Shown here: one piece after another, positions 35,996-44,917 of the stretch
Position numbering within the stretch: position 1 is the first letter of the stretch
Layout of the letters: each line of letters begins with the position of its first letter
DNA from: Pirellulaceae bacterium
GTDB lineage: Bacteria; Planctomycetota; Planctomycetia; Pirellulales; Pirellulaceae
Assembly (NCBI GenBank): GCA_041753075.1
Contig: JBGSVE010000007.1
Coordinates: 19,823 to 83,822 of the forward strand
Direction: 5' to 3'
DNA: 64,000 nucleotides
The notes under the pieces: model-generated
Told to the model about the DNA's origin: nothing
Databases searched by the model: none
The model's input: only the letters and a program-made list of their open reading frames with translations
Position numbers and translations under genes: made by a program

Positions 35996-37177
35996 ATGAA
36001 AACGCAAAACAACACCTTCCGACTGATCGTCGCTGCAATCCTCGGCTTCATGTCGACAGGTCAAGTATCCACTGGCCGCGGTGAAACGCCGGATAGTCTA
36101 AAGCCGATCGGAGGCCGCTGGTTCGCCAATGATGCCCAACCACCCGTCTACTACTTCAAGGACGGTGATCGATTCGTTGACCTGTTTTCTTACCACACCC
36201 AGGATTCCAACGGCGACGGGATTGCGAATCTTCAGCTCGCTCATGACGATGAATTCATCATCATCAAAAGCCAGGGTTACCCCAATCATCCGACGGCGGT
36301 GTTTCCCAACAGCGGCAATCCGAATTCGATTCGCGTTCAACAGTTCACGTTTCGATTGCCGCTGGAGCCAAAGCTCGCCAAATCAATCACGCGATTGCCA
36401 ATGGGACCGATCGGCGTGGCGCTTAACGGGGTGGTGTTCTTCAATCCGTTTGAGCAGGAGGGAATGAATGCGGTCGAGGGTTATTCCGAAGTCTGGCTCG
36501 ATTCATGTTGCGGCCATCCCCAGCAATCGGGGGTTTATCACTACCACAAGTATCCCAGTTGTGTGAAGTCACCGTTTTCCGATGATGGAAAACAACATTC
36601 ACCGCCGCTTGGATTCGCCTTCGACGGTTTCCCAGTTTATGGGCCTTATGAATCGGCCGGCCTGATGGCCAAGGACATTGACGGTGACCAAGCACTCGAT
36701 GCCTGCAGCGGCCACCAAGACGACCAGCGTGGGTATCACTATCACGTCACACCGGGCCGATTCCCGTACATCATGGGTGGCTATGCCGGAGTCGTCGAGC
36801 AATCGAACAATCGCGGCATGCGTCGCGCCGGAACCGGTGCGCTCGTTGACAACACCCAACCCGGCGAGCGTAATCGACCTGTGGTGACCAGCGTTCGCCC
36901 GGGAACGGTTTCGCGCGGAGCGGTTCATCAAATTCAATTTGACATTGCGCCCGAGAACGCAACGCGTCGACAGGTTCCCGACGAGAGCCCGTCATGGGTT
37001 CAAGTTGGTCCGTATGAAGCGACGACCATGTCACGCGAAGGCAATACGATCAAAGCCCAGTTCACAATTCCCGCCGACGCATCGATTGGCATTTGGCTCG
37101 ATTGCCACCTCGAATTCGGCGACCGGCGCAATCCCTTAGTGATCAAAAAGAACGATGTGCTGCGCGTGGTCGAATAG
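35996..37177 (+). CDS. YHYH-domain secreted protein
   Basis: Signal peptide after the ATG at 35996. It has two copies of the eponymous motif (GVYHYHKYPSC and RGYHYHVTPG) plus FDGFPVYGPY, typical of the YHYH family. Confidence 0.7.
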   Translation: MKTQNNTFRLIVAAILGFMSTGQVSTGRGETPDSLKPIGGRWFANDAQPPVYYFKDGDRFVDLFSYHTQDSNGDGIANLQLAHDDEFIIIKSQGYPNHPTAVFPNSGNPNSIRVQQFTFRLPLEPKLAKSITRLPMGPIGVALNGVVFFNPFEQEGMNAVEGYSEVWLDSCCGHPQQSGVYHYHKYPSCVKSPFSDDGKQHSPPLGFAFDGFPVYGPYESAGLMAKDIDGDQALDACSGHQDDQRGYHYHVTPGRFPYIMGGYAGVVEQSNNRGMRRAGTGALVDNTQPGERNRPVVTSVRPGTVSRGAVHQIQFDIAPENATRRQVPDESPSWVQVGPYEATTMSREGNTIKAQFTIPADASIGIWLDCHLEFGDRRNPLVIKKNDVLRVVE

Positions 37178-38201
37178 GTTGCTGTTGGCTGGAGCAGTGC
37201 CAGGCACCGCGGCCCAGGATGTAGTCGCTGGCGTCGGCGGTGATTACGTCGTGATGGGGACATAACTCGATTAACAACTTCTTGGCGCGCGAATCTGATT
37301 TCGCATGGCCAAATGTTGGCATTAAAATCGCACGGTCGCCAAGCATCACAAAATTGCAATAGCTTTCGGGCACACGCTGCTTGCCAATCATTCGTGGCGG
37401 TGGCGTTGGTAATGAGTGAATCATGACGGTGGGCGTCGTTTGCTCGGCCCAGGATTGCAATTGAGCCAGGTTCCGAGATAAGCCAGATGCATTGGCATCT
37501 TTCGAATCCGCTGAAACCGCGACGACGACGTCGGTGGGACTAACAAACCTTGCCAATTGATCAATATGTCCGTCGGTGTCGTCGCCTTCCAGTCCGCCGC
37601 CGTCGATCCAAACGATTTCGGTTACGCCCAGTCGCTTGTGCAGCTCGCGCGAGATCCGGTCACGACTCCAACCTCGATTGCGTGTTGGCGTTTCGAGACA
37701 ATCGGGCGTTGTTAGCAATCGGCCAAGTCCATCGGTCTCGATCGCACCGCCTTCGAGTGTCAACTTGCTCGCTTCGACTTTCACGCTGGCGAGATTGCAA
37801 ACTTGCGCCGCAGCTGCCGCATCATCATCCCATGGTGGATACTTGCCGCCCCAGGCGTTAAATCGCCAATCGATGCCGACGACTTGATCGCCATCGAAAA
37901 CAAATGTCGGGCCGTAGTCGCGGATCCAAGTGTCGTTGGTCGCAATGTCGATGAGTTCAACGTTACCAGCGAGCAATTTCTTCGCCGCAGTTGCCAACTT
38001 GCCGACCGGGGCGAGCACTTTGACGTTCGTGTACTGCGACGCGGCGCTTGCGGCAGCGGCGAATGCGGCGGGGATGGGTCCAAAATGGTTGGGCCAAGTT
38101 TTTTTGCGATGCGGCCAAGCAAACCACAACGCCTCCTGTGGCTCCCACTCGGCCGGCCAGCGTCGCGCAGGCGGCGCTACTTTCGTTGGCTGTGTAGCCA
38201 T
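37143..38201 (-). CDS. aguA: Agmatine deiminase / Porphyromonas-type peptidyl-arginine deiminase family
   Basis: 352-aa ORF with WPAEWEPQEALWFAWPH, NDTWIRDYGPTFV, NAWGGKY, EGGAIETDG.G, DDTDGHIDQLARF, YCNF and the C-terminal catalytic-Cys context GAWHCSSQQQP. Confidence 0.8.
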   Translation of the reverse strand: MATQPTKVAPPARRWPAEWEPQEALWFAWPHRKKTWPNHFGPIPAAFAAAASAASQYTNVKVLAPVGKLATAAKKLLAGNVELIDIATNDTWIRDYGPTFVFDGDQVVGIDWRFNAWGGKYPPWDDDAAAAAQVCNLASVKVEASKLTLEGGAIETDGLGRLLTTPDCLETPTRNRGWSRDRISRELHKRLGVTEIVWIDGGGLEGDDTDGHIDQLARFVSPTDVVVAVSADSKDANASGLSRNLAQLQSWAEQTTPTVMIHSLPTPPPRMIGKQRVPESYCNFVMLGDRAILMPTFGHAKSDSRAKKLLIELCPHHDVITADASDYILGRGAWHCSSQQQPIRPRAAHRSF

Positions 38202-39043
38202 GCGAATAAATCATCCCGCTGGTAGGTTTCGGTCCAAACGTCATGTGCGCCGTTTTCGTACTCGGTGTATTTGGTCTGGGGCATTTGCTCGGCCGCGACT
38301 AACGCTTCAATCATCTCGCGCGAGCGGCCAACGGGCACCGCCGTGTCGGCCGATCCATGGAACGCCCAGATCGGCATGCCAGCGTATTGCGCCACCCAAT
38401 CGGGATCACCGCCACCACAAATCGGGACCGCTGCGGCGAACGGATTGCCGGGCATTGCGGAGGCGAACCAAGTGCCGTAGCCGCCCATCGAAATGCCGGT
38501 CACATAAACTCGCGATCGATCCACTCGGCCGCCGGCAATCCATTGGCCTACGATCCCCAGCGCCATCTTCATTGACGGTGACGGTTGATCGGGAAACGTG
38601 CCCTTGCCGGACTTCGGGGACCAATCAACGCTGACCCATTTCTGCTCAGCCGGACATTGGGGAACGATCACGATGCAAGGATATTGTGACTGCCGATCGG
38701 GCCGAGCAAATTCACCGATACCATGTTTCAATTGCGTCGCGTTATCGTCACCGCGCTCACCCGCACCATGCAAAAACAACACCAGCGGATATTGTTTGGA
38801 CTCGTCTTCGCGAAAATTCGTTGGCAACAACAAACGGTAGCGATGTTCAATCTTGGCGTCGTCAACGAACGTTTTTTCAATCACGCGACTGGCCAACGGC
38901 ACGGCCGCCGAATCGCCAGGAGTTTGAGCGCACAGCGGCACGAGCGTCCCCACGATCAAGCCCAGCGCGAAAAAGGAAGCGATGAGCTGCCGAGGCAAAG
39001 CTCGCCGGGGAAAATCCGTCATCAGGTTGTTCCTCGGAGTCAC
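38177..39043 (-). CDS. Secreted alpha/beta hydrolase (carboxylesterase/peptidase S9-like)
   Basis: 288-aa ORF with an N-terminal hydrophobic segment, LVLFLHGAGERGDDN, the nucleophile elbow GISMGGYGTW and FHGSADTAVPV. Its 3' end overlaps the aguA-like start by 25 nt. Confidence 0.7.
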   Translation of the reverse strand: MTPRNNLMTDFPRRALPRQLIASFFALGLIVGTLVPLCAQTPGDSAAVPLASRVIEKTFVDDAKIEHRYRLLLPTNFREDESKQYPLVLFLHGAGERGDDNATQLKHGIGEFARPDRQSQYPCIVIVPQCPAEQKWVSVDWSPKSGKGTFPDQPSPSMKMALGIVGQWIAGGRVDRSRVYVTGISMGGYGTWFASAMPGNPFAAAVPICGGGDPDWVAQYAGMPIWAFHGSADTAVPVGRSREMIEALVAAEQMPQTKYTEYENGAHDVWTETYQRDDLFAWLHSQRK

Positions 39044-39360
39044 TCGAGTTGAATTTCTTCTTTCACCTTTTGGATGAAATGCGGACTCTTTCCGCCTTTG
39101 CTCAATTCCTCGGCGCGGGCTTCGGCATCGGACTTTTGGTCAAATTCAAACACCGCGACGCGTTTGAGGTTTTGGCTGAACACACCCCAATACAGCTTTT
39201 TGCGAACTTCGATCGCAACCTTTGACTTAGTTTTTCGCGGCGCGGCCTTGCGAGTGCTCGCTTTCCTTTTCGTCGCCTTTTTGGGAGCCGTGATTTCGCG
39301 TGCTGCGGCGGCTTCAACTTCAGCGGCTTTCGCCTTACGGCTGACGACCTTTCGGGCCAT
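39040..39360 (-). CDS. Small protein with a Lys/Ala-rich basic N-terminal tail, hypothetical
   Basis: 106-aa ORF. The first ~55 aa are K/A/R-rich (histone H1-like composition). The C-terminal ~50 aa look globular. GGAAGGAGG lies upstream of the ATG. Confidence 0.5.
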   Translation of the reverse strand: MARKVVSRKAKAAEVEAAAAREITAPKKATKRKASTRKAAPRKTKSKVAIEVRKKLYWGVFSQNLKRVAVFEFDQKSDAEARAEELSKGGKSPHFIQKVKEEIQLE

Positions 39361-39427
39361 AGTGGGTGCGGTTCAGAGAGAGGAAGGAGGTTGGTTAAGC
39401 AATCAGGCCTAATAGCTTAGCTTTTCA

Positions 39428-41221
39428 TCATTTTTTTGACCACAGGGGTGCATCGGCTTGGAACCGCAGGCTTTCCCCCGTGCCCGGGTGCGTGAACTGC
39501 AAACGCCAAGCATGAAGCTGCATCGCGCCAGGCGGTTCTTCGTCGAGCGTTTGAGTCGCACCGATTTCGCCACCGGCCAAATACATCGGATCGCCAACGA
39601 TCGAGTGTCCCAGATGCCACAGGTGAAGTCGAATTTGGTGCGTCCGCCCGGTCAATGGATGGGCCTGGATGATCGAAGTCTGGTCGGCAAGTTTTTCATT
39701 GACAACGAACTCGGTCCGCGCGGCTTGGGCTTCGTTGATCGTTGCGATCGCACGTCCACCCGCCGGCGTCTTCTCCTTTGCGATTGGCGCGTCGCAATCA
39801 TACCTTTGCCATTCTGGCCAACCGTGACAACGCGCCAGGTAGGTCTTGTGAACCGCACCGCTAGAGAACAAACGCTGCAATTGACCCGCGAACAATTGCG
39901 TCTTGGCCAACACCACGATGCCCGTTGTGTTTGCATCAAGTCGGTGGGCCGGTCGCAATGTCGGCAGCGTCAGCGCGGTTCGCAAAATCCAAATCAATGA
40001 ATTGCGATTAAACCGACCGCTGGGGTGCATCGGCAGCGGTGCCGGTTTGTTGACTACGATCATCGTGTCATCTTCGTATAACACCGCGATGTCGGCGCTG
40101 ACGTCCGGTTCGATCGTATTAGGAAACAGATGCGCATACCGTTGGCCGGCTTGCGCGATCGCATCACCACCAACGACCATTTCACCCAAGCGAATCCGTC
40201 CCAAGCGGAACTCGTCGTCCCAGTGTGCGTGGCTGAATCCGGGAAACAATTGTTCAACGCACCGGCGCATCGGCGTTTGGTCCAGCGCCAAGTGGATGCG
40301 AATCGGCCGCACGTTGTCGTAGGCAATGCTGCCGGGCAACGGAGTCGTCGCCGCATGGATTGCAGCCTCGCGCTCTTCGATCGTCGGCAATGGCAACGCC
40401 TTGGCTTTATCAATGCAGTGCGGGCATGATTCGGCGGGGACATACGACGGTGACGCTTGGTCCGCCTCAGTAAGCACCGCTTGGCAAGCGAAGCACAACG
40501 CCAAGCCCGTTTCCTCGAGCTGCGGATTCAGCGCCACGCGTTTGTCGAACACGAAGCAATCACCATCGTAATGCGCGTCGCCGCATTCTTCGAAGTATTT
40601 CAAAATGCCGCCATCAAGTTGAAAGACATTTTGAAAACCGTGCTGCTGCATATAAGGTCCGGCCTTCTCGCAACGAATCCCACCGGTACAAAACATCACG
40701 ATCGGTTGTTGCCGCAGTTCACTGGGCAACGCCTCAACCGCGCCGCAAAAATTACTGAAGTGGTCGATGCCAATTGCCTTCGCACCGGCGAACGTGCCGA
40801 CTTCGACTTCATAATCGTTGCGGACGTCGAGCAGCGTGACGTTGCGGCCTTCGTCGAGCCATGCCTTCAATTCACGCGGGCGCAATTTTGGCGACGATGC
40901 GCGAATCGGATCGATGCCGGGAACGCCCATCGAGATAATTTCTCGCTTCAATCGCACCAGCATCCGGCTGAACGGTTGGTGATCGCTCCAACTTTCCTTG
41001 ACATCCAGTCTGGCAAACTCCGGTGCCGCGGTTAGCCATTCGAGGAACGATCGCAGCGGTGTTTCTTCACCGGCAAGGAACATGTTGAGTCCCTCGCGGC
41101 TGACCAAAATCGTGCCCCGAAGCTGGGCCTGGGCAGTGCGAGATTTCAGCTCGCGGCGGCGGCGCTCGAGGTCATCCAGCGGCACGAATCGGTAGGAGGC
41201 AATGTTGAGGAAACGAGGCAT
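39428..41221 (-). CDS. Fusion of TrhO/YceA-like rhodanese-domain tRNA U34 hydroxylase and an RluA-family pseudouridine synthase
   Basis: Start at the ATG at 41219-41221. The N-terminal half has UPF0176/TrhO features (NIASYRF, LLDVRNDYE, active-site loop FCTGGIRCEKA, CxxC...CxxC knuckle CFACQ...CPHC). The C-terminal half has RluA motifs (VVNKPAPLPMHPSG, HRLDANTTGIVVLAK, GRTHQIRLHL). Confidence 0.85.
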   Translation of the reverse strand: MPRFLNIASYRFVPLDDLERRRRELKSRTAQAQLRGTILVSREGLNMFLAGEETPLRSFLEWLTAAPEFARLDVKESWSDHQPFSRMLVRLKREIISMGVPGIDPIRASSPKLRPRELKAWLDEGRNVTLLDVRNDYEVEVGTFAGAKAIGIDHFSNFCGAVEALPSELRQQPIVMFCTGGIRCEKAGPYMQQHGFQNVFQLDGGILKYFEECGDAHYDGDCFVFDKRVALNPQLEETGLALCFACQAVLTEADQASPSYVPAESCPHCIDKAKALPLPTIEEREAAIHAATTPLPGSIAYDNVRPIRIHLALDQTPMRRCVEQLFPGFSHAHWDDEFRLGRIRLGEMVVGGDAIAQAGQRYAHLFPNTIEPDVSADIAVLYEDDTMIVVNKPAPLPMHPSGRFNRNSLIWILRTALTLPTLRPAHRLDANTTGIVVLAKTQLFAGQLQRLFSSGAVHKTYLARCHGWPEWQRYDCDAPIAKEKTPAGGRAIATINEAQAARTEFVVNEKLADQTSIIQAHPLTGRTHQIRLHLWHLGHSIVGDPMYLAGGEIGATQTLDEEPPGAMQLHAWRLQFTHPGTGESLRFQADAPLWSKK

Positions 41222-41479
41222 GAGGAATGCAGCTTGAGTCAACGGACCAGTCAACCAATAGGTTATCAAAAATCGCCGTTCTTCCAATCCAGCAACGGTG
41301 GTCGTCGATCTGGGGGAGGTTTGACCATCAAATACACGAATGACACGAAATAAACAAATTGATTAACGATTTGATAAGTCTGTCCAAAACGTTTGATGCA
41401 AACAAAGTGAAACTCCTTTAACGAAATCTGCCATCCATTCTTATTTCTTGTAGTTCGTGATTCTCGTGGTTACCGATCG

Positions 41480-41730
41480 CTAGCTGACAATTCGTTCGTA
41501 CTGAAGTTGTGGATAATGGCCGAAGTTAACGATGATGGCGAGACGAAAGCCGGCTGCTTTTAAGTAGTTATGAACCTGGGCACGATGCTGGTCCGTGATC
41601 TCTTTTGCGGCTTATAGCTCGAGCACAATCGCCCCGTAGCAGATGGCGTCAGGGATGTATTTCGATTGCAGACATCGAACATCGCCCCCATGATCGCGTA
41701 GCTCTCGTCCTTGAACAGAATCTCGGCCAT
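41480..41730 (-). pseudogene. Degraded GxxExxY-family (PD-(D/E)XK-like) gene remnant
   Basis: The ATG at 41730 opens MAEILFKDESYAIMGAMFDV. After a frame change the C-terminal half reads KYIPDAICYGAIVLEL*AAKEITDQHRAQVHNYLKAAGFRLAIIVNFGHYPQLQYERIVS with an in-frame TAA. No ORF of 60 aa or more is reported here. The region is AT-richer. Confidence 0.55.
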
Positions 41731-41850
41731 TTTTTTATCGTCTCCTAAACTTTGAATCCGCGATCATATTACGGACGACTTTCACGCTGTGCGAGCAATC
41801 TGGATGCCACGTTGATTCACAAAACACCATCGCACGCTAAAATTGGTTCC

Positions 41851-43350
41851 ATGAACCAGACTTACGAATCTACGGGTGCCGCTGCGAACGATGTACAAGC
41901 ACCCGCCGCCCAGCACGCTGAGCTGCGCGTTTTGGTTGTCGATAACGAAGCCGCACACGCTCGCGCGATGTCCGAAAGCCTTGAAAAAGTCGGTTTTCGT
42001 TGCGAAATTGCGACTCGCGGGCCCGATGCGTCGAAATTGATCGATCGCGAAACCTACGACATCATCGTGACCGACATGGTGATGAACGATGTCGATGGAA
42101 TGCAGATTCTGGCCCAGGCCCGCCAGCGATTGCCCGACTGTGAAGTCGTGATGGTGACTGGCCATGCGACGGTTCCGGTGGCTGTCGAGGCGATGCAAAA
42201 AGGTGCGTTCAACTTTCTTGAAAAGCCGATCACGCCGGTGAGGTTGCGGGCGATTGTCGAGAAGGCGGCCGAAGCGGTGGGACTGCGGCGGACCAACACC
42301 GAGCTGCGGCAACGGCTCGACGAACGCTTCGGATTCGAGGGCATCATCTACACCAGCGACGCGATGCAAAAGGTCATCGATCGCTTGCGCCGTATCGCCG
42401 CGACGGACGCAACGGTGCTCGTCACCGGCGAAAGCGGCACGGGCAAGGAGATGATTGCCCAGGCGATTCACCAAAACAGTCCGCGTCGTGCCAAACGAAT
42501 CGTTGCACTCAATACCCGCGCGGTCAGCGAGAATCTTGTCGAGAGCGAATTGTTCGGTCACATCAAAGGCTCATTCACCGATGCGGTCAGCGATCGCGTT
42601 GGTGCGTTCGAATACGCCAACGGCGGCACGCTGTTCCTTGACGAAGTCGGCGACATGCCGATGAGCACGCAGATCAAGCTGCTTCGCGTGCTCGAAGAAC
42701 ACCAGATCACTCGCGTCGGTGACAACAAACCGATCAAGGTCAATGTGCGGTTGATCTCGGCAACCAATCGACCGCTCGAAGCGATGGTCGCCGATGGTTC
42801 ATTCCGCAACGACTTGTATTTTCGTTTGAAGGTTGTGACGGTCGAGCTGCCGCCGCTGCGTGCTCGACGTGACGACGTGATTCCGTTGATGGATCATTTT
42901 CGCAAGATGTTTTTGCGGCGTTATGAGAAACCGGCGGCGCATTTTTCACCCGCGGTGACGAAGCGGTTTTTTCATTACGATTGGCCGGGCAACATTCGCC
43001 AGCTTCGCAACTTTGTCGAGACGATGGTCGTGCTTGATACCGACAACGTGCTCAGCGAAGAAGACCTGCCGCCGGAGTTGGTTGACCCGGCGGACGCCGA
43101 TTTGCCGCGCGGCGATGGAGCGTCGATGCCATTGCTTATCGATGCATCGCAGGACGGTTTGATCGGCCAACCGCTGGCCGCGATCGAGAAATGGGCGATC
43201 GAAGAAACGTTGCGGCTAACGGGAGGCAATCGCGAAGAGGCCGCAAAAGTACTCGGCATTGGAGCCCGCACGTTGTACCGCCGTTTGGACCAGTATAAAA
43301 AAGACGACGGTGAGGTGGATGATGACTTCGAGTCGGACGAATCGGCGTAA
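41851..43350 (+). CDS. Sigma-54-dependent response regulator (NtrC family: REC + AAA+ + Fis-type HTH)
   Basis: Start taken at the ATG at 41851. REC features are LVVDNE...TDMVMNDVDG. The AAA+ domain has Walker A GESGTGKE, Walker B GTLFLDEVG and ESELFGH followed by a GAFTGA-like loop GSFTDA. The C-terminal HTH is NREEAAKVLGIGARTLYRRL. Confidence 0.9.
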   Translation: MNQTYESTGAAANDVQAPAAQHAELRVLVVDNEAAHARAMSESLEKVGFRCEIATRGPDASKLIDRETYDIIVTDMVMNDVDGMQILAQARQRLPDCEVVMVTGHATVPVAVEAMQKGAFNFLEKPITPVRLRAIVEKAAEAVGLRRTNTELRQRLDERFGFEGIIYTSDAMQKVIDRLRRIAATDATVLVTGESGTGKEMIAQAIHQNSPRRAKRIVALNTRAVSENLVESELFGHIKGSFTDAVSDRVGAFEYANGGTLFLDEVGDMPMSTQIKLLRVLEEHQITRVGDNKPIKVNVRLISATNRPLEAMVADGSFRNDLYFRLKVVTVELPPLRARRDDVIPLMDHFRKMFLRRYEKPAAHFSPAVTKRFFHYDWPGNIRQLRNFVETMVVLDTDNVLSEEDLPPELVDPADADLPRGDGASMPLLIDASQDGLIGQPLAAIEKWAIEETLRLTGGNREEAAKVLGIGARTLYRRLDQYKKDDGEVDDDFESDESA

Positions 43351-44749
43351 GTGGCTGTTTCGCAGCGTGGCGCTGGCGCTTGGCGTGATGCCGATCGTCG
43401 GTGCGGAGTTGGCCTTGCGCGTGATGGGCGTGGCGGCGGCCGATTCGCAGTCGCTCAGCGCGATCGACAATCGTCCGCTGGTTGACCTGCATTCGCTGCG
43501 ACCGTTGTTCGAGCGTTCCAGTGACTCCGCCAGGATGCAGATTGGCCAGTCACGAATGAATTACTTTTGTCCCGCCAATTTTCGCGTCGAGAAGTCGGCG
43601 AACGAGTTGCGAGTCTTTGCCTTGGGCGGTTCGACGACCCAGGGCCAACCGTATCGCACCGAAACCGCCTTTCCGTTTTGGTTGGGGCTGCGATTGCAGT
43701 CGGCGATGCCGTCGCGCGATGTGCAAGTGGTCAATTGTGGCGGCATTTCTTATGCGAGTTACCGCGTGGCGGCGATTCTCGATGAAGTGCTGCGGTACGA
43801 ACCGGATTTGATTGTGCTTTACACCGGGCACAATGAATTTCTCGAGGCGCGGACGTATCACTTGCAGCGCCAAGTGCCACGTTGGTTGGCGGGACCATTG
43901 TCAATCGTCGCCGACTTGCGATTGGGACGTCTGGCGGCGCGATGGATTTCCTCGGATGAATCGGCGGTGCCGCCGACGTCACTGTCCAGCGAAGTCGATA
44001 CCTTGCTTGACCATACCGATGGCATGGAGGCATATGTGCGCGATGACGATTGGAATGCGGGCGTTCACCGGCACTTCGAGTCGACGCTGGCCGCGATGGT
44101 CCGTCGCTGCCAAGTTGCCAAAGTGCCGCTGGTGCTTTGTGTTCCCGCAGGCGACTTGGTCAAGACACCGCCGTTTAAGTCGCCGCCGCCGCTTGATCTT
44201 GAAACTTTAAGCGATGCGGCGGCGGAGATCGCTGCGGCGAAGGCGATGCTGGCGAGTGAGCCGCGACACGCTTTGTCGCATTTTATTCTTGGCCGGTCGT
44301 TGTTCGACGAAGGCGAGTCACAGCTTGCCCAAGCACGATCGCATTTGGTCGCCGCTCGCGATGAAGACATTTGCCCGCTGCGTGCCACAAGCCGAATCGA
44401 AACGACCGTTCGTCAATACGCCGTTGCCGATGGAGTATATCTAATCGATGCACCGGAGCGATTGGACGAGCGCAATCATGCCGGTGCGAACTTTCCCGAC
44501 GGCATTCCGGACCCACGCTGGTTTGTTGATCATGTTCATCCCACGATTGCGGGGCATCAGGTGATTGCCGGCGAAATCTATAAGCACTTGGTGCAGCGAG
44601 GTTGGTGCGAACCAATTGACGGGGCCGAAGTGACTTACCAGCAATCGCTCGCCGACCACATGACGACACTGGGTGATGAATACTACGGCCGCGCCAAACA
44701 GCGGCTCGAAGGAGTCAATCGTTGGTCACGACGCTTGCGTGATCGCTAA
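43319..44749 (+). CDS. SGNH/GDSL-type hydrolase with helical insert
   Basis: Start at the Met pair at 43319, overlapping the regulator gene by 32 nt. It has an N-terminal TM/signal segment. Block I is VFALGGSTTQG, block III-like is YTGHNEF and block V is DHVHPTIAGH. Confidence 0.6.
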   Translation: MMTSSRTNRRKWLFRSVALALGVMPIVGAELALRVMGVAAADSQSLSAIDNRPLVDLHSLRPLFERSSDSARMQIGQSRMNYFCPANFRVEKSANELRVFALGGSTTQGQPYRTETAFPFWLGLRLQSAMPSRDVQVVNCGGISYASYRVAAILDEVLRYEPDLIVLYTGHNEFLEARTYHLQRQVPRWLAGPLSIVADLRLGRLAARWISSDESAVPPTSLSSEVDTLLDHTDGMEAYVRDDDWNAGVHRHFESTLAAMVRRCQVAKVPLVLCVPAGDLVKTPPFKSPPPLDLETLSDAAAEIAAAKAMLASEPRHALSHFILGRSLFDEGESQLAQARSHLVAARDEDICPLRATSRIETTVRQYAVADGVYLIDAPERLDERNHAGANFPDGIPDPRWFVDHVHPTIAGHQVIAGEIYKHLVQRGWCEPIDGAEVTYQQSLADHMTTLGDEYYGRAKQRLEGVNRWSRRLRDR

Positions 44750-44785
44750 GGAAACGTCCCCATTTAGAATTATGGTTCGTTAGTT

Positions 44786-44845
44786 GAGCGGATCCGTACT
44801 AGCCGCCGGTAGTTCGATTCACCGGTGGTAAGCGCCGTTCCGCTC
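44786..44845. repeat. REP-like palindromic element, copy C (degenerate)
   Basis: Arms are gagcggatccgtactagccgccggt (44786-44810) and accggtggtaagcgccgttccgctc (44821-44845): 25 bp with 7 mismatches and a 10-nt loop. It lies between two convergent genes, 37 nt after the SGNH hydrolase stop. Confidence 0.5.
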
Positions 44846-44917
44846 ACGAACTGAGAATACGACGGCGGAGCGTCGCAGAACACTGCGCCGAACGCAGGAC
44901 TCCCTTTCGATGAAGCA

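Noticed and set aside
37143-37177. 35-nt convergent overlap of the YHYH gene and the aguA-like gene 3' ends
   Set aside because: Both ORFs have motif support up to near their C-termini. A short convergent overlap is common in compact genomes, and I see no additional signal such as a hairpin.
37930-38634. 234-aa plus-strand ORF spanning the aguA-like / hydrolase gene junction
   Set aside because: It is opposite two minus-strand genes with clear catalytic motifs, and its product is highly Arg/Ala/Ser-rich.
41782-42561. 259-aa ORF antisense to the NtrC-type regulator gene
   Set aside because: The sense frame has complete REC and AAA+ motifs. The antisense product is Arg-rich with no motif.
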